Origin: Macrostomum lignano
Taxonomy: Eukaryota
DNA length: 64,000 nt
Direction: 5' to 3'
Assembly: GCA_002269645.1 (NCBI GenBank)
Contig: NIVC01004022.1
Location: forward strand, 79-64,078
Positions 10,901 to 25,900 of the stretch are shown piece by piece. The stretch's first letter is position 1, and each line of letters opens with the position of its first letter. Position numbers and translations under genes: made by a program. The notes under the pieces are model-generated. The model was given only the letters and a program-made list of their open reading frames with translations. It was not told the origin of the DNA and did no database searches.

Positions 10901-13900
10901 AGGAAACATTATCAATCTAGAAGCCTACAAGACGCCAAGGCTCCATCTGTTCCCTACTCGAACTTACAGACTCCCAAGTCCCCCTGCTCAGTACATCAGC
11001 TGCAGAAAGTACTTTAGTGTACTTCGACAGGAACCATTGTGAGTACGAAGCTGAAAACTGAGATCTGGAAGGAAACATTATCAATCTAGAAGCCTACAAG
11101 ACGCCAAGGCTCCATCTGTTCCCTACTCGAACTTACAGACTCCCAAGTCCCCCTGCTCAGTACATTAATGCAGAAAGTACTTTAGTGTACTTCGACAGGA
11201 ACCATTGTGAGTACGAAGCTGAAAACTGAGATCTGGAAGGAAACATTATCAATCTAGAAGCCTACAAGACGCCAAGGCTCCATCTGTTCCCTACTCGAAC
11301 TTACAGACTCCCAAGTCCCCCCTGCTCAGTACATTAATATGCAGAAAGTACTTTAGTGTACTTCGACAGGAACCATTGTGAGTACGAAGCTGAAAACTGA
11401 GATCTGGAAGGAAACATTATCAATCTAGAAGCCTACAAGACGCCAAGGCTCCATCTGTTCCCTACTCGAACTTACAGACTCCCAAGTCCCCCCTGCTCAG
11501 TACATTAATATGCAGAAAGTACTTTAGTGTACTTCGACAGGAACCATTGTGAGTACGAAGCTGAAAACTGAGATCTGGAAGGAAACATTATCAATCTAGA
11601 AGCCTACAAGACGCCAAGGCTCCATCTGTTCCCTACTCGAACTTACAGACTCCCAAGTCCCCCCTGCTCAGTACATTAATATGCAGAAAGTACTTTAGTG
11701 TACTTCGACAGGAACCATTGTGAGTACGAAGCTGAAAACTGAGATCTGGAAGGAAACATTATCAATCTAGAAGCCTACAAGACGCCAAGGCTCCATCTGT
11801 TCCCTACTCGAACTTACAGACTCCCAAGTCCCCCTGCTCAGTACATTAATATGCAGAAAGTACTTTAGTGTACTTCGACAGGAACCATTGTGAGTACGAA
11901 GCTGAAAACTGAGATCTGGAAGGAAACATTATCAATCTAGAAGCCTACAAGACGCCAAGGCTCCATCTGTTCCCTACTCGAACTTACAGACTCCCAAGTC
12001 CCCCCTGCTCAGTACATTAATATGCAGAAAGTACTTTAGTGTACTTCGACAGGAACCATTGTGAGTACGAAGCTGAAAACTGAGATCTGGAAGGAAACAT
12101 TATCAATCTAGAAGCCTACAAGACGCCAAGGCTCCATCTGTTCCCTACTCGAACTTACAGACTCCCAAGTCCCCCCTGCTCAGTACATTAATATGCAGAA
12201 AGTACTTTAGTGTACTTCGACAGGAACCATTGTGAGTACGAAGCTGAAAACTGAGATCTGGAAGGAAACATTATCAATCTAGAAGCCTACAAGACGCCAA
12301 GGCTCCATCTGTTCCCTACTCGAACTTACAGACTCCCAAGTCCCCCCTGCTCAGTACATTAATATGCAGAAAGTACTTTAGTGTACTTCGACAGGAACCA
12401 TTGTGAGTACGAAGCTGAAAACTGAGATCTGGAAGGAAACATTATCAATCTAGAAGCCTACAAGACGCCAAGGCTCCATCTGTTCCCTACTCGAACTTAC
12501 AGACTCCCAAGTCCCCCTGCTCAGTACATTAATGCAGAAAGTACTTTAGTGTACTTCGACAGGAACCATTGTGAGTACGAAGCTGAAAACTGAGATCTGG
12601 AAGGAAACATTATCAATCTAGAAGCCTACAAGACGCCAAGGCTCCATCTGTTCCCTACTCGAACTTACAGACTCCCAAGTCCCCCTGCTCAGTACATTAA
12701 TATGCAGAAAGTACTTTAGTGTACTTCGACAGGAACCATTGTGAGTACGAAGCTGAAAACTGAGATCTGGAAGGAAACATTATCAATCTAGAAGCCTACA
12801 AGACGCCAAGGCTCCATCTGTTCCCTACTCGAACTTACAGACTCCCAAGTCCCCCCTGCTCAGTACATTAATATGCAGAAAGTACTTTAGTGTACTTCGA
12901 CAGGAACCATTGTGAGTACGAAGCTGAAAACTGAGATCTGGAAGGAAACATTATCAATCTAGAAGCCTACAAGACGCCAAGGCTCCATCTGTTCCCTACT
13001 CGAACTTACAGACTCCCAAGTCCCCCCTGCTCAGTACATTAATATGCAGAAAGTACTTTAGTGTACTTCGACAGGAACCATTGTGAGTACGAAGCTGAAA
13101 ACTGAGATCTGGAAGGAAACATTATCAATCTAGAAGCCTACAAGACGCCAAGGCTCCATCTGTTCCCTACTCGAACTTACAGACTCCCAAGTCCCCCTGC
13201 TCAGTACATTAATATGCAGAAAGTACTTTAGTGTACTTCGACAGGAACCATTGTGAGTACGAAGCTGAAAACTGAGATCTGGAAGGAAACATTATCAATC
13301 TAGAAGCCTACAAGACGCCAAGGCTCCATCTGTTCCCTACTCGAACTTACAGACTCCCAAGTCCCCCTGCTCAGTACATTAATATGCAGAAAGTACTTTA
13401 GTGTACTTCGACAGGAACCATTGTGAGTACGAAGCTGAAAACTGAGATCTGGAAGGAAACATTATCAATCTAGAAGCCTACAAGACGCCAAGGCTCCATC
13501 TGTTCCCTACTCGAACTTACAGACTCCCAAGTCCCCCCTGCTCAGTACATTAATATGCAGAAAGTACTTTAGTGTACTTCGACAGGAACCATTGTGAGTA
13601 CGAAGCTGAAAACTGAGATCTGGAAGGAAACATTATCAATCTAGAAGCCTACAAGACGCCAAGGCTCCATCTGTTCCCTACTCGAACTTACAGACTCCCA
13701 AGTCCCCCTGCTCAGTACATTAATATGCAGAAAGTACTTTAGTGTACTTCGACAGGAACCATTGTGAGTACGAAGCTGAAAACTGAGATCTGGAAGGAAA
13801 CATTATCAATCTAGAAGCCTACAAGACGCCAAGGCTCCATCTGTTCCCTACTCGAACTTACAGACTCCCAAGTCCCCCCTGCTCAGTACATTAATATGCA

Positions 13901-16900
13901 GAAAGTACTTTAGTGTACTTCGACAGGAACCATTGTGAGTACGAAGCTGAAAACTGAGATCTGGAAGGAAACATTATCAATCTAGAAGCCTACAAGACGC
14001 CAAGGCTCCATCTGTTCCCTACTCGAACTTACAGACTCCCAAGTCCCCCCTGCTCAGTACATTAATATGCAGAAAGTACTTTAGTGTACTTCGACAGAAC
14101 CATTGTGAGTACGAAGCTGAAAACTGAGATCTGGAAGGAAACATTATCAATCTAGAAGCCTACAAGACGCCAAGGCTCCATCTGTTCCCTACTCGAACTT
14201 ACAGACTCCCAAGTCCCCCCTGCTCAGTACATTAATATGCAGAAAGTACTTTAGTGTACTTCGACAGAACCATTGTGAGTACGAAGCTGAAAACTGAGAT
14301 CTGGAAGGAAACATTATCAATCTAGAAGCCTACAAGACGCCAAGGCTCCATCTGTTCCCTACTCGAACTTACAGACTCCCAAGTCCCCCCTGCTCAGTAC
14401 ATTAATATGCAGAAAGTACTTTAGTGTACTTCGACAGAACCATTGTGAGTACGAAGCTGAAAACTGAGATCTGGAAGGAAACATTATCAATCTAGAAGCC
14501 TACAAGACGCCAAGGCTCCATCTGTTCCCTACTCGAACTTACAGACTCCCAAGTCCCCCCTGCTCAGTACATTAATGCAGAAAGTACTTTAGTGTACTTC
14601 GACAGGAACCATTGTGAGTACGAAGCTGAAAACTGAGATCTGGAAGGAAACATTATCAATCTAGAAGCCTACAAGACGCCAAGGCTCCATCTGTTCCCTA
14701 CTCGAACTTACAGACTCCCAAGTCCCCCCTGCTCAGTACATTAATATGCAGAAAGTACTTTAGTGTACTTCGACAGAACCATTGTGAGTACGAAGCTGAA
14801 AACTGAGATCTGGAAGGAAACATTATCAATCTAGAAGCCTACAAGACGCCAAGGCTCCATCTGTTCCCTACTCGAACTTACAGACTCCCAAGTCCCCCCT
14901 GCTCAGTACATTAATATGCAGAAAGTACTTTAGTGTACTTCGACAGAACCATTGTGAGTACGAAGCTGAAAACTGAGATCTGGAAGGAAACATTATCAAT
15001 CTAGAAGCCTACAAGACGCCAAGGCTCCATCTGTTCCCTACTCGAACTTACAGACTCCCAAGTCCCCCCTGCTCAGTACATTAATATGCAGAAAGTACTT
15101 TAGTGTACTTCGACAGAACCATTGTGAGTACGAAGCTGAAAACTGAGATCTGGAAGGAAACATTATCAATCTAGAAGCCTACAAGACGCCAAGGCTCCAT
15201 CTGTTCCCTACTCGAACTTACAGACTCCCAAGTCCCCCCTGCTCAGTACATTAATATGCAGAAAGTACTTTAGTGTACTTCGACAGAACCATTGTGAGTA
15301 CGAAGCTGAAAACTGAGATCTGGAAGGAAACATTATCAATCTAGAAGCCTACAAGACGCCAAGGCTCCATCTGTTCCCTACTCGAACTTACAGACTCCCA
15401 AGTCCCCCCTGCTCAGTACATTAATATGCAGAAAGTACTTTAGTGTACTTCGACAGAACCATTGTGAGTACGAAGCTGAAAACTGAGATCTGGAAGGAAA
15501 CATTATCAATCTAGAAGCCTACAAGACGCCAAGGCTCCATCTGTTCCCTACTCGAACTTACAGACTCCCAAGTCCCCCCTGCTCAGTACATTAATATGCA
15601 GAAAGTACTTTAGTGTACTTCGACAGAACCATTGTGAGTACGAAGCTGAAAACTGAGATCTGGAAGGAAACATTATCAATCTAGAAGCCTACAAGACGCC
15701 AAGGCTCCATCTGTTCCCTACTCGAACTTACAGACTCCCAAGTCCCCCCTGCTCAGTACATTAATATGCAGAAAGTACTTTAGTGTACTTCGACAGAACC
15801 ATTGTGAGTACGAAGCTGAAAACTGAGATCTGGAAGGAAACATTATCAATCTAGAAGCCTACAAGACGCCAAGGCTCCATCTGTTCCCTACTCGAACTTA
15901 CAGACTCCCAAGTCCCCCCTGCTCAGTACATTAATATGCAGAAAGTACTTTAGTGTACTTCGACAGAACCATTGTGAGTACGAAGCTGAAAACTGAGATC
16001 TGGAAGGAAACATTATCAATCTAGAAGCCTACAAGACGCCAAGGCTCCATCTGTTCCCTACTCGAACTTACAGACTCCCAAGTCCCCCTGCTCAGTACAT
16101 TAATATGCAGAAAGTACTTTAGTGTACTTCGACAGAACCATTGTGAGTACGAAGCTGAAAACTGAGATCTGGAAGGAAACATTATCAATCTAGAAGCCTA
16201 CAAGACGCCAAGGCTCCATCTGTTCCCTACTCGAACTTACAGACTCCCAAGTCCCCCTGCTCAGTACATTAATATGCAGAAAGTACTTTAGTGTACTTCG
16301 ACAGAACCATTGTGAGTACGAAGCTGAAAACTGAGATCTGGAAGGAAACATTATCAATCTAGAAGCCTACAAGACGCCAAGGCTCCATCTGTTCCCTACT
16401 CGAACTTACAGACTCCCAAGTCCCCCCTGCTCAGTACATTAATATGCAGAAAGTACTTTAGTGTACTTCGACAGAACCATTGTGAGTACGAAGCTGAAAA
16501 CTGAGATCTGGAAGGAAACATTATCAATCTAGAAGCCTACAAGACGCCAAGGCTCCATCTGTTCCCTACTCGAACTTACAGACTCCCAAGTCCCCCCTGC
16601 TCAGTACATTAATATGCAGAAAGTACTTTAGTGTACTTCGACAGAACCATTGTGAGTACGAAGCTGAAAACTGAGATCTGGAAGGAAACATTATCAATCT
16701 AGAAGCCTACAAGACGCCAAGGCTCCATCTGTTCCCTACTCGAACTTACAGACTCCCAAGTCCCCCCTGCTCAGTACATTAATATGCAGAAAGTACTTTA
16801 GTGTACTTCGACAGAACCATTGTGAGTACGAAGCTGAAAACTGAGATCTGGAAGGAAACATTATCAATCTAGAAGCCTACAAGACGCCAAGGCTCCATCT

Positions 16901-19900
16901 GTTCCCTACTCGAACTTACAGACTCCCAAGTCCCCCCTGCTCAGTACATTAATATGCAGAAAGTACTTTAGTGTACTTCGACAGAACCATTGTGAGTACG
17001 AAGCTGAAAACTGAGATCTGGAAGGAAACATTATCAATCTAGAAGCCTACAAGACGCCAAGGCTCCATCTGTTCCCTACTCGAACTTACAGACTCCCAAG
17101 TCCCCCCTGCTCAGTACATTAATATGCAGAAAGTACTTTAGTGTACTTCGACAGAACCATTGTGAGTACGAAGCTGAAAACTGAGATCTGGAAGGAAACA
17201 TTATCAATCTAGAAGCCTACAAGACGCCAAGGCTCCATCTGTTCCCTACTCGAACTTACAGACTCCCAAGTCCCCCCTGCTCAGTACATTAATATGCAGA
17301 AAGTACTTTAGTGTACTTCGACAGAACCATTGTGAGTACGAAGCTGAAAACTGAGATCTGGAAGGAAACATTATCAATCTAGAAGCCTACAAGACGCCAA
17401 GGCTCCATCTGTTCCCTACTCGAACTTACAGACTCCCAAGTCCCCCCTGCTCAGTACATTAATATGCAGAAAGTACTTTAGTGTACTTCGACAGAACCAT
17501 TGTGAGTACGAAGCTGAAAACTGAGATCTGGAAGGAAACATTATCAATCTAGAAGCCTACAAGACGCCAAGGCTCCATCTGTTCCCTACTCGAACTTACA
17601 GACTCCCAAGTCCCCCTGCTCAGTACATTAATATGCAGAAAGTACTTTAGTGTACTTCGACAGAACCATTGTGAGTACGAAGCTGAAAACTGAGATCTGG
17701 AAGGAAACATTATCAATCTAGAAGCCTACAAGACGCCAAGGCTCCATCTGTTCCCTACTCGAACTTACAGACTCCCAAGTCCCCCCTGCTCAGTACATTA
17801 ATATGCAGAAAGTACTTTAGTGTACTTCGACAGAACCATTGTGAGTACGAAGCTGAAAACTGAGATCTGGAAGGAAACATTATCAATCTAGAAGCCTACA
17901 AGACGCCAAGGCTCCATCTGTTCCCTACTCGAACTTACAGACTCCCAAGTCCCCCCTGCTCAGTACATTAATATGCAGAAAGTACTTTAGTGTACTTCGA
18001 CAGAACCATTGTGAGTACGAAGCTGAAAACTGAGATCTGGAAGGAAACATTATCAATCTAGAAGCCTACAAGACGCCAAGGCTCCATCTGTTCCCTACTC
18101 GAACTTACAGACTCCCAAGTCCCCCCTGCTCAGTACATTAATATGCAGAAAGTACTTTAGTGTACTTCGACAGAACCATTGTGAGTACGAAGCTGAAAAC
18201 TGAGATCTGGAAGGAAACATTATCAATCTAGAAGCCTACAAGACGCCAAGGCTCCATCTGTTCCCTACTCGAACTTACAGACTCCCAAGTCCCCCCTGCT
18301 CAGTACATTAATATGCAGAAAGTACTTTAGTGTACTTCGACAGAACCATTGTGAGTACGAAGCTGAAAACTGAGATCTGGAAGGAAACATTATCAATCTA
18401 GAAGCCTACAAGACGCCAAGGCTCCATCTGTTCCCTACTCGAACTTACAGACTCCCAAGTCCCCCCTGCTCAGTACATTAATATGCAGAAAGTACTTTAG
18501 TGTACTTCGACAGAACCATTGTGAGTACGAAGCTGAAAACTGAGATCTGGAAGGAAACATTATCAATCTAGAAGCCTACAAGACGCCAAGGCTCCATCTG
18601 TTCCCTACTCGAACTTACAGACTCCCAAGTCCCCCCTGCTCAGTACATTAATATGCAGAAAGTACTTTAGTGTACTTCGACAGAACCATTGTGAGTACGA
18701 AGCTGAAAACTGAGATCTGGAAGGAAACATTATCAATCTAGAAGCCTACAAGACGCCAAGGCTCCATCTGTTCCCTACTCGAACTTACAGACTCCCAAGT
18801 CCCCCCTGCTCAGTACATTAATATGCAGAAAGTACTTTAGTGTACTTCGACAGAACCATTGTGAGTACGAAGCTGAAAACTGAGATCTGGAAGGAAACAT
18901 TATCAATCTAGAAGCCTACAAGACGCCAAGGCTCCATCTGTTCCCTACTCGAACTTACAGACTCCCAAGTCCCCCCTGCTCAGTACATTAATATGCAGAA
19001 AGTACTTTAGTGTACTTCGACAGAACCATTGTGAGTACGAAGCTGAAAACTGAGATCTGGAAGGAAACATTATCAATCTAGAAGCCTACAAGACGCCAAG
19101 GCTCCATCTGTTCCCTACTCGAACTTACAGACTCCCAAGTCCCCCCTGCTCAGTACATTAATATGCAGAAAGTACTTTAGTGTACTTCGACAGAACCATT
19201 GTGAGTACGAAGCTGAAAACTGAGATCTGGAAGGAAACATTATCAATCTAGAAGCCTACAAGACGCCAAGGCTCCATCTGTTCCCTACTCGAACTTACAG
19301 ACTCCCAAGTCCCCCCTGCTCAGTACATTAATATGCAGAAAGTACTTTAGTGTACTTCGACAGAACCATTGTGAGTACGAAGCTGAAAACTGAGATCTGG
19401 AAGGAAACATTATCAATCTAGAAGCCTACAAGACGCCAAGGCTCCATCTGTTCCCTACTCGAACTTACAGACTCCCAAGTCCCCCCTGCTCAGTACATTA
19501 ATATGCAGAAAGTACTTTAGTGTACTTCGACAGAACCATTGTGAGTACGAAGCTGAAAACTGAGATCTGGAAGGAAACATTATCAATCTAGAAGCCTACA
19601 AGACGCCAAGGCTCCATCTGTTCCCTACTCGAACTTACAGACTCCCAAGTCCCCCCTGCTCAGTACATTAATATGCAGAAAGTACTTTAGTGTACTTCGA
19701 CAGAACCATTGTGAGTACGAAGCTGAAAACTGAGATCTGGAAGGAAACATTATCAATCTAGAAGCCTACAAGACGCCAAGGCTCCATCTGTTCCCTACTC
19801 GAACTTACAGACTCCCAAGTCCCCCCTGCTCAGTACATTAATATGCAGAAAGTACTTTAGTGTACTTCGACAGAACCATTGTGAGTACGAAGCTGAAAAC

Positions 19901-22900
19901 TGAGATCTGGAAGGAAACATTATCAATCTAGAAGCCTACAAGACGCCAAGGCTCCATCTGTTCCCTACTCGAACTTACAGACTCCCAAGTCCCCCCTGCT
20001 CAGTACATTAATATGCAGAAAGTACTTTAGTGTACTTCGACAGAACCATTGTGAGTACGAAGCTGAAAACTGAGATCTGGAAGGAAACATTATCAATCTA
20101 GAAGCCTACAAGACGCCAAGGCTCCATCTGTTCCCTACTCGAACTTACAGACTCCCAAGTCCCCCCTGCTCAGTACATTAATATGCAGAAAGTACTTTAG
20201 TGTACTTCGACAGAACCATTGTGAGTACGAAGCTGAAAACTGAGATCTGGAAGGAAACATTATCAATCTAGAAGCCTACAAGACGCCAAGGCTCCATCTG
20301 TTCCCTACTCGAACTTACAGACTCCCAAGTCCCCCCTGCTCAGTACATTAATATGCAGAAAGTACTTTAGTGTACTTCGACAGAACCATTGTGAGTACGA
20401 AGCTGAAAACTGAGATCTGGAAGGAAACATTATCAATCTAGAAGCCTACAAGACGCCAAGGCTCCATCTGTTCCCTACTCGAACTTACAGACTCCCAAGT
20501 CCCCCCTGCTCAGTACATTAATATGCAGAAAGTACTTTAGTGTACTTCGACAGAACCATTGTGAGTACGAAGCTGAAAACTGAGATCTGGAAGGAAACAT
20601 TATCAATCTAGAAGCCTACAAGACGCCAAGGCTCCATCTGTTCCCTACTCGAACTTACAGACTCCCAAGTCCCCCCTGCTCAGTACATTAATATGCAGAA
20701 AGTACTTTAGTGTACTTCGACAAACCATTGTGAGTACGAAGCTGAAAACTGAGATCTGGAAGGAAACATTATCAATCTAGAAGCCTACAAGACGCCAAGG
20801 CTCCATCTGTTCCCTACTCGAACTTACAGACTCCCAAGTCCCCCCTGCTCAGTACATTAATATGCAGAAAGTACTTTAGTGTACTTCGACAGAACCATTG
20901 TGAGTACGAAGCTGAAAACTGAGATCTGGAAGGAAACATTATCAATCTAGAAGCCTACAAGACGCCAAGGCTCCATCTGTTCCCTACTCGAACTTACAGA
21001 CTCCCAAGTCCCCCCTGCTCAGTACATTAATATGCAGAAAGTACTTTAGTGTACTTCGACAGAACCATTGTGAGTACGAAGCTGAAAACTGAGATCTGGA
21101 AGGAAACATTATCAATCTAGAAGCCTACAAGACGCCAAGGCTCCATCTGTTCCCTACTCGAACTTACAGACTCCCAAGTCCCCCCTGCTCAGTACATTAA
21201 TATGCAGAAAGTACTTTAGTGTACTTCGACAGAACCATTGTGAGTACGAAGCTGAAAACTGAGATCTGGAAGGAAACATTATCAATCTAGAAGCCTACAA
21301 GACGCCAAGGCTCCATCTGTTCCCTACTCGAACTTACAGACTCCCAAGTCCCCCCTGCTCAGTACATTAATATGCAGAAAGTACTTTAGTGTACTTCGAC
21401 AGAACCATTGTGAGTACGAAGCTGAAAACTGAGATCTGGAAGGAAACATTATCAATCTAGAAGCCTACAAGACGCCAAGGCTCCATCTGTTCCCTACTCG
21501 AACTTACAGACTCCCAAGTCCCCCCTGCTCAGTACATTAATATGCAGAAAGTACTTTAGTGTACTTCGACAGAACCATTGTGAGTACGAAGCTGAAAACT
21601 GAGATCTGGAAGGAAACATTATCAATCTAGAAGCCTACAAGACGCCAAGGCTCCATCTGTTCCCTACTCGAACTTACAGACTCCCAAGTCCCCCCTGCTC
21701 AGTACATTAATATGCAGAAAGTACTTTAGTGTACTTCGACAGAACCATTGTGAGTACGAAGCTGAAAACTGAGATCTGGAAGGAAACATTATCAATCTAG
21801 AAGCCTACAAGACGCCAAGGCTCCATCTGTTCCCTACTCGAACTTACAGACTCCCAAGTCCCCCCTGCTCAGTACATTAATATGCAGAAAGTACTTTAGT
21901 GTACTTCGACAGAACCATTGTGAGTACGAAGCTGAAAACTGAGATCTGGAAGGAAACATTATCAATCTAGAAGCCTACAAGACGCCAAGGCTCCATCTGT
22001 TCCCTACTCGAACTTACAGACTCCCAAGTCCCCCCTGCTCAGTACATTAATATGCAGAAAGTACTTTAGTGTACTTCGACAGAACCATTGTGAGTACGAA
22101 GCTGAAAACTGAGATCTGGAAGGAAACATTATCAATCTAGAAGCCTACAAGACGCCAAGGCTCCATCTGTTCCCTACTCGAACTTACAGACTCCCAAGTC
22201 CCCCCTGCTCAGTACATTAATATGCAGAAAGTACTTTAGTGTACTTCGACAGAACCATTGTGAGTACGAAGCTGAAAACTGAGATCTGGAAGGAAACATT
22301 ATCAATCTAGAAGCCTACAAGACGCCAAGGCTCCATCTGTTCCCTACTCGAACTTACAGACTCCCAAGTCCCCCCTGCTCAGTACATTAATATGCAGAAA
22401 GTACTTTAGTGTACTTCGACAGAACCATTGTGAGTACGAAGCTGAAAACTGAGATCTGGAAGGAAACATTATCAATCTAGAAGCCTACAAGACGCCAAGG
22501 CTCCATCTGTTCCCTACTCGAACTTACAGACTCCCAAGTCCCCCCTGCTCAGTACATTAATATGCAGAAAGTACTTTAGTGTACTTCGACAGAACCATTG
22601 TGAGTACGAAGCTGAAAACTGAGATCTGGAAGGAAACATTATCAATCTAGAAGCCTACAAGACGCCAAGGCTCCATCTGTTCCCTACTCGAACTTACAGA
22701 CTCCCAAGTCCCCCCTGCTCAGTACATTAATATGCAGAAAGTACTTTAGTGTACTTCGACAGAACCATTGTGAGTACGAAGCTGAAAACTGAGATCTGGA
22801 AGGAAACATTATCAATCTAGAAGCCTACAAGACGCCAAGGCTCCATCTGTTCCCTACTCGAACTTACAGACTCCCAAGTCCCCCCTGCTCAGTACATTAA

Positions 22901-25900
22901 TATGCAGAAAGTACTTTAGTGTACTTCGACAGAACCATTGTGAGTACGAAGCTGAAAACTGAGATCTGGAAGGAAACATTATCAATCTAGAAGCCTACAA
23001 GACGCCAAGGCTCCATCTGTTCCCTACTCGAACTTACAGACTCCCAAGTCCCCCCTGCTCAGTACATTAATATGCAGAAAGTACTTTAGTGTACTTCGAC
23101 AGAACCATTGTGAGTACGAAGCTGAAAACTGAGATCTGGAAGGAAACATTATCAATCTAGAAGCCTACAAGACGCCAAGGCTCCATCTGTTCCCTACTCG
23201 AACTTACAGACTCCCAAGTCCCCCCTGCTCAGTACATTAATATGCAGAAAGTACTTTAGTGTACTTCGACAAGAACCATTGTGAGTACGAAGCTGAAAAC
23301 TGAGATCTGGAAGGAAACATTATCAATCTAGAAGCCTACAAGACGCCAAGGCTCCATCTGTTCCCTACTCGAACTTACAGACTCCCAAGTCCCCCCTGCT
23401 CAGTACATTAATATGCAGAAAGTACTTTAGTGTACTTCGACAGAACCATTGTGAGTACGAAGCTGAAAACTGAGATCTGGAAGGAAACATTATCAATCTA
23501 GAAGCCTACAAGACGCCAAGGCTCCATCTGTTCCCTACTCGAACTTACAGACTCCCAAGTCCCCCCTGCTCAGTACATTAATATGCAGAAAGTACTTTAG
23601 TGTACTTCGACAGAACCATTGTGAGTACGAAGCTGAAAACTGAGATCTGGAAGGAAACATTATCAATCTAGAAGCCTACAAGACGCCAAGGCTCCATCTG
23701 TTCCCTACTCGAACTTACAGACTCCCAAGTCCCCCCTGCTCAGTACATTAATATGCAGAAAGTACTTTAGTGTACTTCGACAGAACCATTGTGAGTACGA
23801 AGCTGAAAACTGAGATCTGGAAGGAAACATTATCAATCTAGAAGCCTACAAGACGCCAAGGCTCCATCTGTTCCCTACTCGAACTTACAGACTCCCAAGT
23901 CCCCCCTGCTCAGTACATTAATATGCAGAAAGTACTTTAGTGTACTTCGACAGAACCATTGTGAGTACGAAGCTGAAAACTGAGATCTGGAAGGAAACAT
24001 TATCAATCTAGAAGCCTACAAGACGCCAAGGCTCCATCTGTTCCCTACTCGAACTTACAGACTCCCAAGTCCCCCCTGCTCAGTACATTAATATGCAGAA
24101 AGTACTTTAGTGTACTTCGACAGAACCATTGTGAGTACGAAGCTGAAAACTGAGATCTGGAAGGAAACATTATCAATCTAGAAGCCTACAAGACGCCAAG
24201 GCTCCATCTGTTCCCTACTCGAACTTACAGACTCCCAAGTCCCCCCTGCTCAGTACATTAATATGCAGAAAGTACTTTAGTGTACTTCGACAGAACCATT
24301 GTGAGTACGAAGCTGAAAACTGAGATCTGGAAGGAAACATTATCAATCTAGAAGCCTACAAGACGCCAAGGCTCCATCTGTTCCCTACTCGAACTTACAG
24401 ACTCCCAAGTCCCCCCTGCTCAGTACATTAATATGCAGAAAGTACTTTAGTGTACTTCGACAGAACCATTGTGAGTACGAAGCTGAAAACTGAGATCTGG
24501 AAGGAAACATTATCAATCTAGAAGCCTACAAGACGCCAAGGCTCCATCTGTTCCCTACTCGAACTTACAGACTCCCAAGTCCCCCCTGCTCAGTACATTA
24601 ATATGCAGAAAGTACTTTAGTGTACTTCGACAGAACCATTGTGAGTACGAAGCTGAAAACTGAGATCTGGAAGGAAACATTATCAATCTAGAAGCCTACA
24701 AGACGCCAAGGCTCCATCTGTTCCCTACTCGAACTTACAGACTCCCAAGTCCCCCCTGCTCAGTACATTAATATGCAGAAAGTACTTTAGTGTACTTCGA
24801 CAGAACCATTGTGAGTACGAAGCTGAAAACTGAGATCTGGAAGGAAACATTATCAATCTAGAAGCCTACAAGACGCCAAGGCTCCATCTGTTCCCTACTC
24901 GAACTTACAGACTCCCAAGTCCCCCTGCTCAGTACATTAATATGCAGAAAGTACTTTAGTGTACTTCGACAGAACCATTGTGAGTACGAAGCTGAAAACT
25001 GAGATCTGGAAGGAAACATTATCAATCTAGAAGCCTACAAGACGCCAAGGCTCCATCTGTTCCCTACTCGAACTTACAGACTCCCAAGTCCCCCCTGCTC
25101 AGTACATTAATATGCAGAAAGTACTTTAGTGTACTTCGACAGAACCATTGTGAGTACGAAGCTGAAAACTGAGATCTGGAAGGAAACATTATCAATCTAG
25201 AAGCCTACAAGACGCCAAGGCTCCATCTGTTCCCTACTCGAACTTACAGACTCCCAAGTCCCCCCTGCTCAGTACATTAATATGCAGAAAGTACTTTAGT
25301 GTACTTCGACAGAACCATTGTGAGTACGAAGCTGAAAACTGAGATCTGGAAGGAAACATTATCAATCTAGAAGCCTACAAGACGCCAAGGCTCCATCTGT
25401 TCCCTACTCGAACTTACAGACTCCCAAGTCCCCCCTGCTCAGTACATTAATATGCAGAAAGTACTTTAGTGTACTTCGACAGAACCATTGTGAGTACGAA
25501 GCTGAAAACTGAGATCTGGAAGGAAACATTATCAATCTAGAAGCCTACAAGACGCCAAGGCTCCATCTGTTCCCTACTCGAACTTACAGACTCCCAAGTC
25601 CCCCCTGCTCAGTACATTAATATGCAGAAAGTACTTTAGTGTACTTCGACAGAACCATTGTGAGTACGAAGCTGAAAACTGAGATCTGGAAGGAAACATT
25701 ATCAATCTAGAAGCCTACAAGACGCCAAGGCTCCATCTGTTCCCTACTCGAACTTACAGACTCCCAAGTCCCCCCTGCTCAGTACATTAATATGCAGAAA
25801 GTACTTTAGTGTACTTCGACAGAACCATTGTGAGTACGAAGCTGAAAACTGAGATCTGGAAGGAAACATTATCAATCTAGAAGCCTACAAGACGCCAAGG